Shown here: one piece after another, positions 7,059-16,642 of the stretch
Numbering within the stretch: position 1 is the first letter of the stretch
How the letters are laid out: each line of letters opens with the position of its first letter
Assembly (NCBI GenBank): GCA_018816985.1
Contig: JAHIVA010000021.1
Coordinates: 1-52,991, forward strand
Length of the DNA: 52,991 nt
Source: Patescibacteria group bacterium
GTDB lineage: Bacteria > Patescibacteriota > Minisyncoccia > Phycocordibacterales > UBA9973
Reading direction: 5' to 3'
Position numbers and translations under genes: made by a program
Notes under the pieces: generated by a model
What the model was told of the DNA's origin: nothing
What the model saw: the letters and a program-made list of their open reading frames with translations, nothing else
Databases searched by the model: none

Positions 7059-10000
7059 TAAATTAAAATTAATAAAAAAAATACTAGTGCTTGGAAGCGG
7101 CGCTCTCAAAATAGGAGAGGGAGGGGAATTTGATTATAGCGGAACCCAAGCCATTAAAGCACTGAAAGAAGAAAAAATTAAAGTGATTTTAGTTAATCCA
7201 AATATCGCTACTTTTCAGACATCGAAAGATTTGGCAGATGAAGTTTATTTTTTGCCAATAGACACTTTTTTTGTTGAAAAAGTCATAAAAAAAGAAAGGC
7301 CCGACGGAATAATGCTTTCTTTTGGCGGACAGACGGCGCTTAATTGCGGACTTCACCTAGAGGAAAAAGGAATTCTTAAAAAATATAATGTGCAGGTTTT
7401 AGGTAGCCCCGTATCATCTATAGAACTTACTGAAGATAGGGAAAAGTTTAAAGAACACTTAAAAAGTATCGATATCCCCGTACCTCCTTCTGGAAGTGCG
7501 ACAACTTTAGCAGAAGCAAGAAAAATTGCTCACAAAATTGGCTTTCCCCTTATGATACGTGCAGCTTTTGCCTTAGGGGGGCAAAAGTCCGGTGTGGTAA
7601 ATAATGAGAATGAACTTGAAGAAACAATAAAAGGGGCACTAGCTGTTTCTCCCCAGGTTTTGGTTGAAAAATATCTTCATCAATTTAAAGAAATTGAATA
7701 TGAGGTAGTGCGTGACTGCTACGACAATACTGTTACTGTGTGTAATATGGAAAATCTTGACCCGCTCGGTATTCACACTGGAGATTCTATTGTAATTGCC
7801 CCTAGTCAGACGCTTAATAATGAAGAATATCAGGGGCTTAGGGAAGCTAGTATTAAAATTGTACAAAGTTTAAAAATAGTAGGAGAGTGTAATGTTCAGT
7901 TTGCTCTTAACCCATCTCCCGTGGGTAAAGGGGTAGACTATTTTGTAATTGAGGTAAATGCCAGACTGTCTCGCTCAAGTGCGCTGGCTTCTAAGGCTAC
8001 CGGTTATCCACTTGCTTATGTGGCCGCCAAGCTCGCTCTTGGATATAATTTATCTGAAATAGAAAATAAAATTACAAAAGTGACTCAAAGTTTTTTTGAG
8101 CCGGCACTTGATTATGTGGTGGTAAAAATACCCCGCTGGGATTTGATAAAATTTACGGGCGCGATAGAGCAAATTGGCAGCGCAATGAAATCCGTAGGGG
8201 AGGTAATGGCAATTGGCCGAAGTTTTGAGGAGGCCTTGGGGAAAGCTATTCGGATGCAGTCTGGGAATGTTGAGGGTATTACTGATAATGGATTTAAAAA
8301 TAAAAAAGATTTAGAGAATTTATTAAATGTTCCGACTCCGAGAAGAATTTTTGCCATAGCGGAAAGTTTTAAAAAAGGAGTAAAGATAGAAAAGATTCAC
8401 AAAATCACTGGAATTGATTTGTGGTTTTTGTTTAGAATAGAAAATATTGTAAATTCCGAAAAGAATTTTTTAAAAAATAAAATTTTAAGCAAAGAAAATC
8501 TATTAATTTTAAAACAAATAGGCTTTTCGGATAAAAAGATTGGAGATTTGTGTGGAAAAACAGAATTGGAAATTCGAAAACTGCGAATTCATTTTGGAGT
8601 TATCCCATCAGTTTTTACTATTGATACGCTGGCTGGGGAAGTGCCGGCCAAAACTAATTATTTATATCTAACCTATTATGGAAATCACAATGATGTTTCT
8701 CCTCTTGGTAAAAATGCAATTATTGTTTTAGGTAGTGGTCCGTATCACATTGGTTCTTCGGTTGAATTTGACTGGTGTTCTCTTCATGCGGCACTTGCCC
8801 TTAAAAAACACAAAAAACAATCAATTATCATAAATTGTAATCCAGAAACAGTTTCTACCGACTATGATATGTCCGACCGTTTATATTTTGAAAATCTGTC
8901 TTTTGAAACAGTCGCGGATATTTTTGAATTTGAAACTGCGGGTGGTTTGATAGTTTCAGTTGGTGGACAAAGGCCAAACAACCTTGCTAAAAAACTTTCA
9001 GAAGCAAAATTTACTATTTTGGGCACCAAAGCGGAGGACATTGATCGGGCGGAAGATCGTAATGCCTTTTCAGCATTATTAGATAAGCTTGGAATTTTAC
9101 AACCCAAATGGCAGAGTTTTACTTCTAAAAAAGAAGCTGAAAAATTTACAGAAATCGAAGGTTTTCCAGTTTTGGTTCGTCCTTCCTATGTTCTTTCCGG
9201 GTCAGCAATGCGTGTTTGTTATAATAAAAAACAATTGCACAATTTTATAAGTAAAGCAGCAGTTTTATCTCCGCTTCATCCGGTAACTGTTTCTAAATAT
9301 ATAGAAAATGCTAAAGAGCTTGAGTTTGACGGAGTTGCGCAACAAGGAAGACTTATGCTTTATGGTATTTCTGAACACGTAGAAAATGCCGGAGTACACT
9401 CAGGAGATGCAACTATCGTTTACCCGACCCAAAGAGTTTATGCTTCAACAGAATTTCAATTACGCGATATTTCTAAAAAAATTGCGCGAGAACTTTCCAT
9501 TACCGGACCATTTAATATTCAATTTTTAGTAAAAGACAACCGTCCATTTGTAATTGAGGTAAATGTACGGGCCAGTCGTACTTTTCCCCTTTTATCAAAA
9601 GCAATGGATGTCAATTTCCCTGAAATGTCGGTGGATAGTTTCTTTGGAAAAGCCAAACACCATAATTTTGTATATCCGAAAGGAGTTATTGTAAAATCTC
9701 CACAATTTTCTTTTTCTAGATTACTTGGTGCGGATCCAGTGCTTAGAGTAGAAATGTCTTCAACCGGAGAAGCAGCTTGTTTCGGTCGGGATTACGATGA
9801 AGCGCTTTTGAAATCAGTTTTAAGTACCAATAAATTTGATTTCAAGAATAAAAACGTTCTTCTTTCCTTAGGAGGAGAGATAAATAAAGCTAAATTTTTA
9901 GAAACGGCTGGCCTCCTGCTTTCTTTAGGTTACACAATTTTTGCCACAGACACGACTGCTGAATTTTTTAAAAAACATAACATAAATTGCAAAGAAGTAC

Positions 10001-10266
10001 ACAAAGCGCACGAGCAATCCCCAAATGTTTTGAATATTATAGAGGGCAAAAAAGTATCTTTTGTGGTAAATTTAAGCAAGATGAGAGATAGCTTAGGGAG
10101 AGAAAAAGAGCATATTGTTACTGATGGTTTCCGGGTACGAAGGGCTACGGTAGATAATCAGATTCCTTTATTTACCGATTTGCAATTAGCACGTGCTTTC
10201 ATTAAGGCCTTGGGGCGTTACCCTTTGGAAGATTTAGAAATTAAGTCGTATAAAGAATATTTATAA
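7048..10266 (+). CDS. carB: carbamoyl-phosphate synthase large subunit
   Basis: 1072 aa. It has duplicated ATP-grasp halves. Motifs: GSGALKIGEGGEFDYSG and GSGPYHIGSSVEFDW. Confidence 0.95.
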   Translation: MKNNKLKLIKKILVLGSGALKIGEGGEFDYSGTQAIKALKEEKIKVILVNPNIATFQTSKDLADEVYFLPIDTFFVEKVIKKERPDGIMLSFGGQTALNCGLHLEEKGILKKYNVQVLGSPVSSIELTEDREKFKEHLKSIDIPVPPSGSATTLAEARKIAHKIGFPLMIRAAFALGGQKSGVVNNENELEETIKGALAVSPQVLVEKYLHQFKEIEYEVVRDCYDNTVTVCNMENLDPLGIHTGDSIVIAPSQTLNNEEYQGLREASIKIVQSLKIVGECNVQFALNPSPVGKGVDYFVIEVNARLSRSSALASKATGYPLAYVAAKLALGYNLSEIENKITKVTQSFFEPALDYVVVKIPRWDLIKFTGAIEQIGSAMKSVGEVMAIGRSFEEALGKAIRMQSGNVEGITDNGFKNKKDLENLLNVPTPRRIFAIAESFKKGVKIEKIHKITGIDLWFLFRIENIVNSEKNFLKNKILSKENLLILKQIGFSDKKIGDLCGKTELEIRKLRIHFGVIPSVFTIDTLAGEVPAKTNYLYLTYYGNHNDVSPLGKNAIIVLGSGPYHIGSSVEFDWCSLHAALALKKHKKQSIIINCNPETVSTDYDMSDRLYFENLSFETVADIFEFETAGGLIVSVGGQRPNNLAKKLSEAKFTILGTKAEDIDRAEDRNAFSALLDKLGILQPKWQSFTSKKEAEKFTEIEGFPVLVRPSYVLSGSAMRVCYNKKQLHNFISKAAVLSPLHPVTVSKYIENAKELEFDGVAQQGRLMLYGISEHVENAGVHSGDATIVYPTQRVYASTEFQLRDISKKIARELSITGPFNIQFLVKDNRPFVIEVNVRASRTFPLLSKAMDVNFPEMSVDSFFGKAKHHNFVYPKGVIVKSPQFSFSRLLGADPVLRVEMSSTGEAACFGRDYDEALLKSVLSTNKFDFKNKNVLLSLGGEINKAKFLETAGLLLSLGYTIFATDTTAEFFKKHNINCKEVHKAHEQSPNVLNIIEGKKVSFVVNLSKMRDSLGREKEHIVTDGFRVRRATVDNQIPLFTDLQLARAFIKALGRYPLEDLEIKSYKEYL

Positions 10267-10279
10267 ATAGTAAAAATTT

Positions 10280-11197
10280 ATGAAAAACATTATTTCTACC
10301 CATCAATTTAAAAAAAACGAAGTTAAAAAAATTTTAGCTCGTGCAGGAGCAATGGAGGAAAATGTTAAAAAGGGGAAGGTTAAGCAAATTCTTAAAGATA
10401 AAATAATTGCTTGTGTTTTTTTTGAACCTTCAACCAGAACAAGATTTTCTTTTGAAACAGCAGCCTTAAAATTGGGTGCGAAAATTATTTCCGCGGAAAA
10501 TGCGATGGAAAACACTTCTGCTCACAAAGGAGAAACCATTGAAGACACCACAAAGATACTTTGTTCCTACGCAGACCTTGTCATTATCCGTCATCCAAAA
10601 TCTTTTTCACTGGAAGCGGCTGCGAAAGTTGCTACTGTGCCGCTTATTAATGCGGGGGATGGTACAAACCAGCATCCAACGCAGGGATTTTTAGATTTAT
10701 ATACAATTAAAAAGGAGCATAAACGATTAATGAATTTAAATATTGGTTTCGGAGGAGATTTACTAAATAGTCGAACCTTAAAATCACTTGTTCCATTGCT
10801 TCGACTTTATACAGGCAATAAATTTTATTTCATTTCGCCTAAGGAACTACGATTACCAAGAGAATTTATTAAAGAATTAAAAGAAAATGAAGTGCAGTTT
10901 GAAGAATTAAAAAGTTTAGAAGAAGCCTTGCCTAATCTTGATGTGCTTTATATGACTCGAGTGCAAAAAGAACGTTTTGCGAATATCACAGATTATAATA
11001 AAGTGAAAGACCTATTTATCCTCAAGAAAAAACATTTAAAAAATATGAAAAAAGATGCAATTATTATGCATCCATTGCCGAAAATAAATGAAATTGAAAA
11101 GGAGGTAGATGAGGATCCTCGTGCTACCTACTTCCACCAAGCCCAAAATGGTGTCTATGTCCGTATGGCGCTACTTTGTTATGCATTAGGATTATAA
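10280..11197 (+). CDS. pyrB: aspartate carbamoyltransferase catalytic chain
   Basis: 305 aa. Motifs: FFEPSTRTRFSFE, NQHPTQ and HPLP. No pyrI follows. Confidence 0.9.
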   Translation: MKNIISTHQFKKNEVKKILARAGAMEENVKKGKVKQILKDKIIACVFFEPSTRTRFSFETAALKLGAKIISAENAMENTSAHKGETIEDTTKILCSYADLVIIRHPKSFSLEAAAKVATVPLINAGDGTNQHPTQGFLDLYTIKKEHKRLMNLNIGFGGDLLNSRTLKSLVPLLRLYTGNKFYFISPKELRLPREFIKELKENEVQFEELKSLEEALPNLDVLYMTRVQKERFANITDYNKVKDLFILKKKHLKNMKKDAIIMHPLPKINEIEKEVDEDPRATYFHQAQNGVYVRMALLCYALGL

Positions 11198-11198
11198 T

Positions 11199-12290
11199 TT
11201 ATTGACTCTCTAAAAACTGAAAGATTTTTTCGTTGACGAGGACGTTTTCTACGTGCATTCGGGCGCGTTCTGGGTCAGCTTCTTTATAGTGTTCCAGAAT
11301 TGATGCAACTTCTTTTGCAACTTCCGCTTCATTAGCAATTATTTTTTCTGTTTTTGCTATCTCGTTTAAAAGAAGGGCCAGCTTGGCTTTTTTTTCTGCA
11401 TCATTTCGGAATTCTTTTCTCAAGTCTTCTTTTGTTTTATTCAGATGTTTTAAATAATCTTCAAATTTTAATCCCATTTGGGCAATGTCAGACTCCATAC
11501 GATATAAAATTTTATCTAATTCTATCTCCACCAAGATTTCCGGCACCTCTAAGATACTTTCTTCTATAATTTTTTCAATTATTTTTAATCTGGTTTTTTC
11601 TTTTAATTCATTTTCTTTTTCTAACTTTATATTTTCTTTTAGTTTTATTTTAAAATCCGCTATATCTTTAAAGGGACCAAGAGCTTGCACAAAAGCATCA
11701 TTAAATTCAGGTAATTCTTCCTTTATTTCATCGGAGCTTTTGGTGGAGGCAGATTCTTCTCCATGTTTATGTTCTTCCCCTTCTTTGTGTATATGTTCAG
11801 CCACATGTTTTTTTGGAGCGCGAGATTTACGGATATCCATTATGGTATTTTCCAAATCTTCTTCTGATACGGTAATATTTTTTTCTTTATCGGTTATTTC
11901 GGAAATTATTTTCTGGGCTGCTTTTTTATAATCAGCTAGCTTGATTTCTGGTAATACCGCAGTCTTTATTTTAAATCCTAAAGGATTTTTTCTAGCTAGT
12001 TTTAAGATAGAAATTTCTGGGCGACTAATAGCATCTATCTTTTTCTCAGCGATTATCTTTGGGTAATGTTCTGAAAGTGCCATCTCTGCCATTTCTTCTA
12101 AAATATTAATTTCCGGTATTTTGGAAATTAAGACACTTTCGGGTACTTTTCCTTTTCTGAAACCGTCCAACTTTAAATTATCACCAAGTTTTTTCAAAGC
12201 TTTTGTGAAATAAGACTCGAAGATTTCAGAATCAATTTCTCCTTCTATTTCTATTTCGCTTTTTGGAAGTTTTTTAACGACTATTTTCAT
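11199..12290 (-). CDS. tig: trigger factor lacking the PPIase domain
   Basis: 363 aa. The GFRKGKVP ribosome-binding signature and a C-terminal arm-like region are present. A His/Glu-rich linker of about 36 aa sits where the FKBP domain should be. Confidence 0.8.
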   Translation of the reverse strand: MKIVVKKLPKSEIEIEGEIDSEIFESYFTKALKKLGDNLKLDGFRKGKVPESVLISKIPEINILEEMAEMALSEHYPKIIAEKKIDAISRPEISILKLARKNPLGFKIKTAVLPEIKLADYKKAAQKIISEITDKEKNITVSEEDLENTIMDIRKSRAPKKHVAEHIHKEGEEHKHGEESASTKSSDEIKEELPEFNDAFVQALGPFKDIADFKIKLKENIKLEKENELKEKTRLKIIEKIIEESILEVPEILVEIELDKILYRMESDIAQMGLKFEDYLKHLNKTKEDLRKEFRNDAEKKAKLALLLNEIAKTEKIIANEAEVAKEVASILEHYKEADPERARMHVENVLVNEKIFQFLESQ

Positions 12291-12300
12291 ATTCTAATTT

Positions 12301-14313
12301 TTATATCATTAAAATAACCAAAAGCAAAGCCATAATGTTCAGAATTTTTATCATTGGATTGATGGCTGGACCAGCGGTATCTTTATAAGGGTCTCCGACA
12401 GTATCTCCGGTTACTGCAGCCTTGTGAGCCTCACTACCCTTACCTCCGTGATTGCCTTGCTCGATATGTTTCTTGGCATTATCCCAAGCACCCCCACCGG
12501 AGGTCATAGAAATAGCCACAAAAAGTCCGGTAACAATAGACCCAACGAGTAGTCCTCCCAAAACCACTAAACCGTTTTCTTTTCCAAAAATTAAAATTAC
12601 CAAAATTGGTGCTAATACTGGGATGAGAGCAGGTAGAATCATTTGTTTAATGGCAGCACCAGTAATAATTGAGACAGCTTTGGCGTAATTCGGTTTTCCT
12701 GTGCCTTCCATAATTCCTTTTATTTCTCTGAATTGTCGGCGGATTTCTTCCACCACCTTGCCAGCAGTTTTTCCTACAGCTTCCATACACAATGCTCCGA
12801 AATAATAGGGAAGGAGTCCTCCCAGAAAGAGACCTACAATTACGTATGGATTACTTAAATCAAAAGTTATCTCTTTTCCTACCTTAACAATTTCCTCGGT
12901 ATAAGAGGCAAAAAGCACGAGGGCTGCCAAGCCAGCAGAGCCGATAGCGTAACCTTTGGTTACAGCTTTAGTGGTATTGCCTACAGCATCTAGGGGGTCG
13001 GTAACATTTCGAACAGATTCTGGAAGTTCAGCCATTTCGGCGATACCTCCGGCATTGTCTGTTATTGGACCATAAGCATCAATAGCCACAATAATTCCTG
13101 CCATTGAAAGCATAGACATTGCTGCCACTGCTATTCCGTAAAGTCCCGCATAGTGATAACTGATTAATATTCCTAAAACAATAGTGATTAAAGGCAGGGC
13201 AGTAGCTTTCATTGAAATAGCTAAACCCTGGATAACATTTGTTCCGTGTCCGGAAACCGAAGCGAGGGCAATAGATTTAACAGGATAGTATTTTGTAGAA
13301 GTGAAATATTCTGTAATAACAACCAGAGCTCCGGTTACCAGAAGACCAACAATGGAGCAAATAAATAAATCCATCACTGTGTATTTTCCATTTCCTGACA
13401 TTAATAAATTTGTTACAGGATAAAAAGCAATTGCTGCAATGACCCCAGAAGCGATCAAGCCTTTATACAGAGCACCCATGATATTTTTATTTTTACCTAA
13501 ACGTACAAACCAGGTGCCGATGATAGATGCAAAGATAGCTATTCCGCCGATTACCAAAGGATAAATAATTGCATTTTGAAATCCCACAAAAAGTAGTGAA
13601 CCAAGGAGCATTGTGGCAACTGAGGTAACGGCATAAGTTTCAAATAAATCTGCCGCCATACCTGCACAGTCACCGACATTATCACCGACATTGTCCGCAA
13701 TCACTCCCGGATTTCTTGGGTCGTCTTCTGGAATTTCCGCTTCTAGCTTACCGACAAGGTCTGCTCCCACATCTGCTGCTTTAGTGAAAATTCCTCCACC
13801 CAATCTGGCAAAAACAGAGATAAGTGAAGCACCGAAACCAAGACCGATAAGGGCAGGAATATCTTTAGTAATTGCATAAAAAGCAGTTACCCCAAGAAGA
13901 GCCAAGCCTACTACCAAAAGTCCAGTTACTGTTCCTCCCCGAAAAGCAATAGAAAGCGCTTCTTCTATTCCGTTTCTAGCGGCTTCTGTTGTTCGGACAT
14001 TTGCCCGAACAGAGACATTCATACCAATATATCCTGCCAAAGCGGAGAAAATGGCTCCAACTAAAAATCCAAAAGCCATAGTCCAGCCAAGCTTAGGAAT
14101 AAAACCGACGATTAAAAAAAGTGCTATGGCAATTAAGCCAATAGTTTTATATTGTTTATTTAAATAAGCACCAGCACCTTCTTGGATTGCCTTGGCGATT
14201 TCTTGCATCCGTTCATTACCAGGACTCTTTTTCAAGATTGACTTAGCTAAAAATAAACCGTAAATAATAGCAATTACCGAACTAACAAGTGCAAATAATA
14301 AAAATTGATTCAT
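12301..14313 (-). CDS. hppA: membrane-bound ion-translocating pyrophosphatase
   Basis: 670 aa, polytopic. Motifs: [27 protein letters not shown] and [18 protein letters not shown]. Confidence 0.93.
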   Translation of the reverse strand: MNQFLLFALVSSVIAIIYGLFLAKSILKKSPGNERMQEIAKAIQEGAGAYLNKQYKTIGLIAIALFLIVGFIPKLGWTMAFGFLVGAIFSALAGYIGMNVSVRANVRTTEAARNGIEEALSIAFRGGTVTGLLVVGLALLGVTAFYAITKDIPALIGLGFGASLISVFARLGGGIFTKAADVGADLVGKLEAEIPEDDPRNPGVIADNVGDNVGDCAGMAADLFETYAVTSVATMLLGSLLFVGFQNAIIYPLVIGGIAIFASIIGTWFVRLGKNKNIMGALYKGLIASGVIAAIAFYPVTNLLMSGNGKYTVMDLFICSIVGLLVTGALVVITEYFTSTKYYPVKSIALASVSGHGTNVIQGLAISMKATALPLITIVLGILISYHYAGLYGIAVAAMSMLSMAGIIVAIDAYGPITDNAGGIAEMAELPESVRNVTDPLDAVGNTTKAVTKGYAIGSAGLAALVLFASYTEEIVKVGKEITFDLSNPYVIVGLFLGGLLPYYFGALCMEAVGKTAGKVVEEIRRQFREIKGIMEGTGKPNYAKAVSIITGAAIKQMILPALIPVLAPILVILIFGKENGLVVLGGLLVGSIVTGLFVAISMTSGGGAWDNAKKHIEQGNHGGKGSEAHKAAVTGDTVGDPYKDTAGPAINPMIKILNIMALLLVILMI

Positions 14314-14342
14314 GTTTTTTTTATTAACTAATAATAATTTCT

Positions 14343-14382
14343 ACAAGGCAAGACCTTGTACTAGTACAAGGTCTTGCCTTGT
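14343..14382. terminator. perfect 40-nt palindrome immediately after the nusA stop and 30 nt upstream of the hppA start
   Basis: ACAAGGCAAGACCTTGTACTAGTACAAGGTCTTGCCTTGT equals its own reverse complement. No flanking U-tract on the minus strand. Confidence 0.5.
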
Positions 14383-15540
14383 TTACTCCTCTTTTATTTC
14401 TACTTTTTCTCCATCTGTGCTAATTACTCCTTTTTCATCACCTTTTATATCTATTCTCCATCCAGTCAGTTTAGCTGCAAGACGTACGTTTTGTCCACCC
14501 TTGCCGATGGCGAGAGATAGTTGGTCATTGGCTACTTCCACGGTTGCCTTGTGTTCTTTCTCATCTATTTCAATGGAAATAACTTTGGCTGGGGAAAGTG
14601 AATTAGAAACAAATTGTATGGGATTTTCGGACCAAGGGATTATGTCAATTTTTTCTCCCGAAAGTTCGGTCGTAATGGTGTTTACTCGGGTACCTTTTTG
14701 GCCAACACAAGAACCGACTGGATCAATGTGTTCATCGTTTGAGTAAACTGCTATTTTAGAACGGGCGCCGGCTTCTCGGGCTACTCCTTTTATTTCTACG
14801 ACACCATTTTCTATTTCTGGCGCTTCCAGAGAAAAAAGTTTTTCTATAAATTTTGGATGGGTGCGGGAAAGACGCAAATTTATACCACGCGGGGTATCTT
14901 CCACACTGTAAAGGTAAGCCCGTACTCTTTGTCCTCGAGTCCAATATTCTCCTGGAATTTGTTCTTCTGCTGGTAAGATGCCGGTGGCTCTATTAAAATC
15001 AACATAGACATTTCCTCGTTCTACTTTTTGCACTATACCTGAAATGACTTCTCCCTCCTTGGTGCCATATTCTTCAATAATGGAAGTGCGTTCCGCTTCG
15101 CGGATTTTTTGAATAATGACTTGTTTGGCTGTTTGGGCAGCGATGCGTCCGTAATCTTCTTTTGCTTCTAAGGGAAAAATAATTTCATCGTTGAGTTTTG
15201 TCCCTTTTTTTATTTTTTTAGCGTCTTCCAACAGGATGTGGTGTTCGGCATTAAAATGTACACGTTCTTCTTCGGTGTCTTTTGTAGAATATTCACCTCC
15301 TTCTTTTTCGGTATCCATTATGGCAATACTTTCGTCTACTACGATTTTTACCTGAAAGAAATCTGTTTTACCAGTTTCCATATCAAACTTTGCTCGGATA
15401 ATTTGTCCTTTTTTACCGTAATCTTTTTTGTAAGCGGCAGCCATCGCTTGTTCTATGGCTTCCAAAATTTTTTCTTTAGGGATTTTTCTTTCTTCTTCCA
15501 ACTGTTCCAATGCCGATTTGAATGTTTTTATATCTAACAT
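14383..15540 (-). CDS. nusA: transcription termination/antitermination factor NusA (no C-terminal AR repeats)
   Basis: 385 aa. It has an N-terminal domain, an S1 domain (GEVISGIVQKVERGNVYVDF) and KH domains (IGKGGQNVRLA). Confidence 0.9.
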   Translation of the reverse strand: MLDIKTFKSALEQLEEERKIPKEKILEAIEQAMAAAYKKDYGKKGQIIRAKFDMETGKTDFFQVKIVVDESIAIMDTEKEGGEYSTKDTEEERVHFNAEHHILLEDAKKIKKGTKLNDEIIFPLEAKEDYGRIAAQTAKQVIIQKIREAERTSIIEEYGTKEGEVISGIVQKVERGNVYVDFNRATGILPAEEQIPGEYWTRGQRVRAYLYSVEDTPRGINLRLSRTHPKFIEKLFSLEAPEIENGVVEIKGVAREAGARSKIAVYSNDEHIDPVGSCVGQKGTRVNTITTELSGEKIDIIPWSENPIQFVSNSLSPAKVISIEIDEKEHKATVEVANDQLSLAIGKGGQNVRLAAKLTGWRIDIKGDEKGVISTDGEKVEIKEE

Positions 15541-15546
15541 AAAGTT

Positions 15547-15552
15547 ATTTTA
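15547..15552 (-). promoter_or_regulatory. -10 TAAAAT, 6 nt before the nusA ATG (leaderless arrangement, no TG extension)
   Basis: The reverse complement reads TAAAAT aacttt ATG. Confidence 0.35.
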
Positions 15553-15564
15553 TTAAGTTTTATT

Positions 15565-15589
15565 AAAAAAAGCCCTGTAGATACAGGAC
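15565..15589 (-). terminator. intrinsic terminator on the minus strand (7-bp stem with one G-U pair, 4-nt loop, U7), with no gene directly upstream of it
   Basis: The minus strand reads GTCCTGT-atct-ACAGGGC-TTTTTTT. The nearest upstream minus-strand gene is lnt, about 1.05 kb away across island 2. Confidence 0.5.
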
Positions 15590-15712
15590 TCATATAAAAA
15601 AATAATATCATAAGCGTCATTTTATTGCAACTCTCAAGGAATGCTGGTTTTTTGTATGCAAATTTTGCTTTTTTCCACCTACCCTTGACAAATCTCAATA
15701 TAAGCTGTGAGA

Positions 15713-15741
15713 TTGACTTTTTCATAAATATATGATACAAT
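15713..15741 (+). promoter_or_regulatory. sigma70-type promoter for island 2: TTGACT-N17-TACAAT
   Basis: TTGACTttttcataaatatatgaTACAAT. The leader to the ATG at 15825 is about 80 nt, with AAAGGAG 6 nt before the ATG. Confidence 0.55.
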
Positions 15742-15824
15742 TAAAAATAGGAATAAGGGTGGCTCTTTTATATCTCAACTAGAGCTGAAATTAAAATAAC
15801 CTCAAAAAAAGAAAGGAGAACGTT

Positions 15825-16541
15825 ATGAAGAAACTAGTGTTGGTAGTACTCATCGCGTTTATCCTTTTTGGATGCGCGACAACGACTACAAGGGTGGACA
15901 ATGTTATGTTGTCCAACGATTCTCCCGTGATGATTATTGTAGCGGGGAAGGACCCGGAAAACGGTTGGGACAAATTGTTGCTAAACGTTTTCCCAAGGGC
16001 GATAATGGTAACTCCCGAAGTGTCTTCTTCTCTCGAAGATGGGGCCGAAGATCTTATTCGGCAAGTTAGAGAAGCGGGGGTTATCAGCAACTCCTGGAGA
16101 GTAATAGCTCATTCGTGGGGAGCAAAACTCACGGAACAGGTAGTTGCTGGGTATCCAGGGTTAATCAGCAAGGCCGTCTTGATTGCTCGGCCTGGGTTCG
16201 AAGAGTTTCGTTGGATGCCTTCCTTTGTTTCGGCGCTGTTGCGTCCGGACGAAGATCGGAGTGGTTTGACGAAATATTTTGTCATTGCCGGGATTGATCC
16301 AAAAGCTCCTGCAAGGTGGTGGATGATGCCGAACGAGAACGGTGTTGTCCAATCCGACGGGGTAGTTTCCGTCAAGGAAGCAACCACTCTAACGGGTGGA
16401 CGCAAAGCAGAAGAAATTCTCGTAATTACAGGGGAGGAGGGTGAGCACACCCGAATCCTGTCCTCCGAAATCGTTCTTAGTCAGGCGAAAGCCTGGCTGG
16501 AAACGGAAACCCTGGTCGCAACAGTTGTGACCAGGGACTAG
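15825..16541 (+). CDS. lipoprotein with an alpha/beta-hydrolase-like nucleophile elbow (GC-rich island 2)
   Basis: 238 aa. MKKLVLVVLIAFILFGC is a lipobox-like signal. The AHSWG pentapeptide matches GxSxG-type elbows. 33/60 G+C at 16141..16200. Confidence 0.65.
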   Translation: MKKLVLVVLIAFILFGCATTTTRVDNVMLSNDSPVMIIVAGKDPENGWDKLLLNVFPRAIMVTPEVSSSLEDGAEDLIRQVREAGVISNSWRVIAHSWGAKLTEQVVAGYPGLISKAVLIARPGFEEFRWMPSFVSALLRPDEDRSGLTKYFVIAGIDPKAPARWWMMPNENGVVQSDGVVSVKEATTLTGGRKAEEILVITGEEGEHTRILSSEIVLSQAKAWLETETLVATVVTRD

Positions 16542-16579
16542 GAAAAAAGAGGAGAGGTGGAATGATTTCAGATGAGATC

Positions 16580-16615
16580 AGTGCCCAGTCGAGCTTTTAT
16601 AGACGACTGGGCACT
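16580..16615 (+). terminator. 12-bp GC-rich stem-loop, AGTGCCCAGTCG-N12-CGACTGGGCACT
   Basis: Perfect inverted repeat 39 nt after the island-2 stop. It shares the TGCCCAG/CTGGGCA core with the island-3 hairpins. Confidence 0.55.
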
Positions 16616-16642
16616 TTAACGTTCATCTTGTTTATTTTTAAT

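Noticed and set aside
15534-15740. The 68-aa minus-strand ORF upstream of nusA.
   Set aside because: It overlaps the nusA start, the minus-strand terminator and the island-2 promoter. Its composition is AT-rich and low in complexity, with no start signals.
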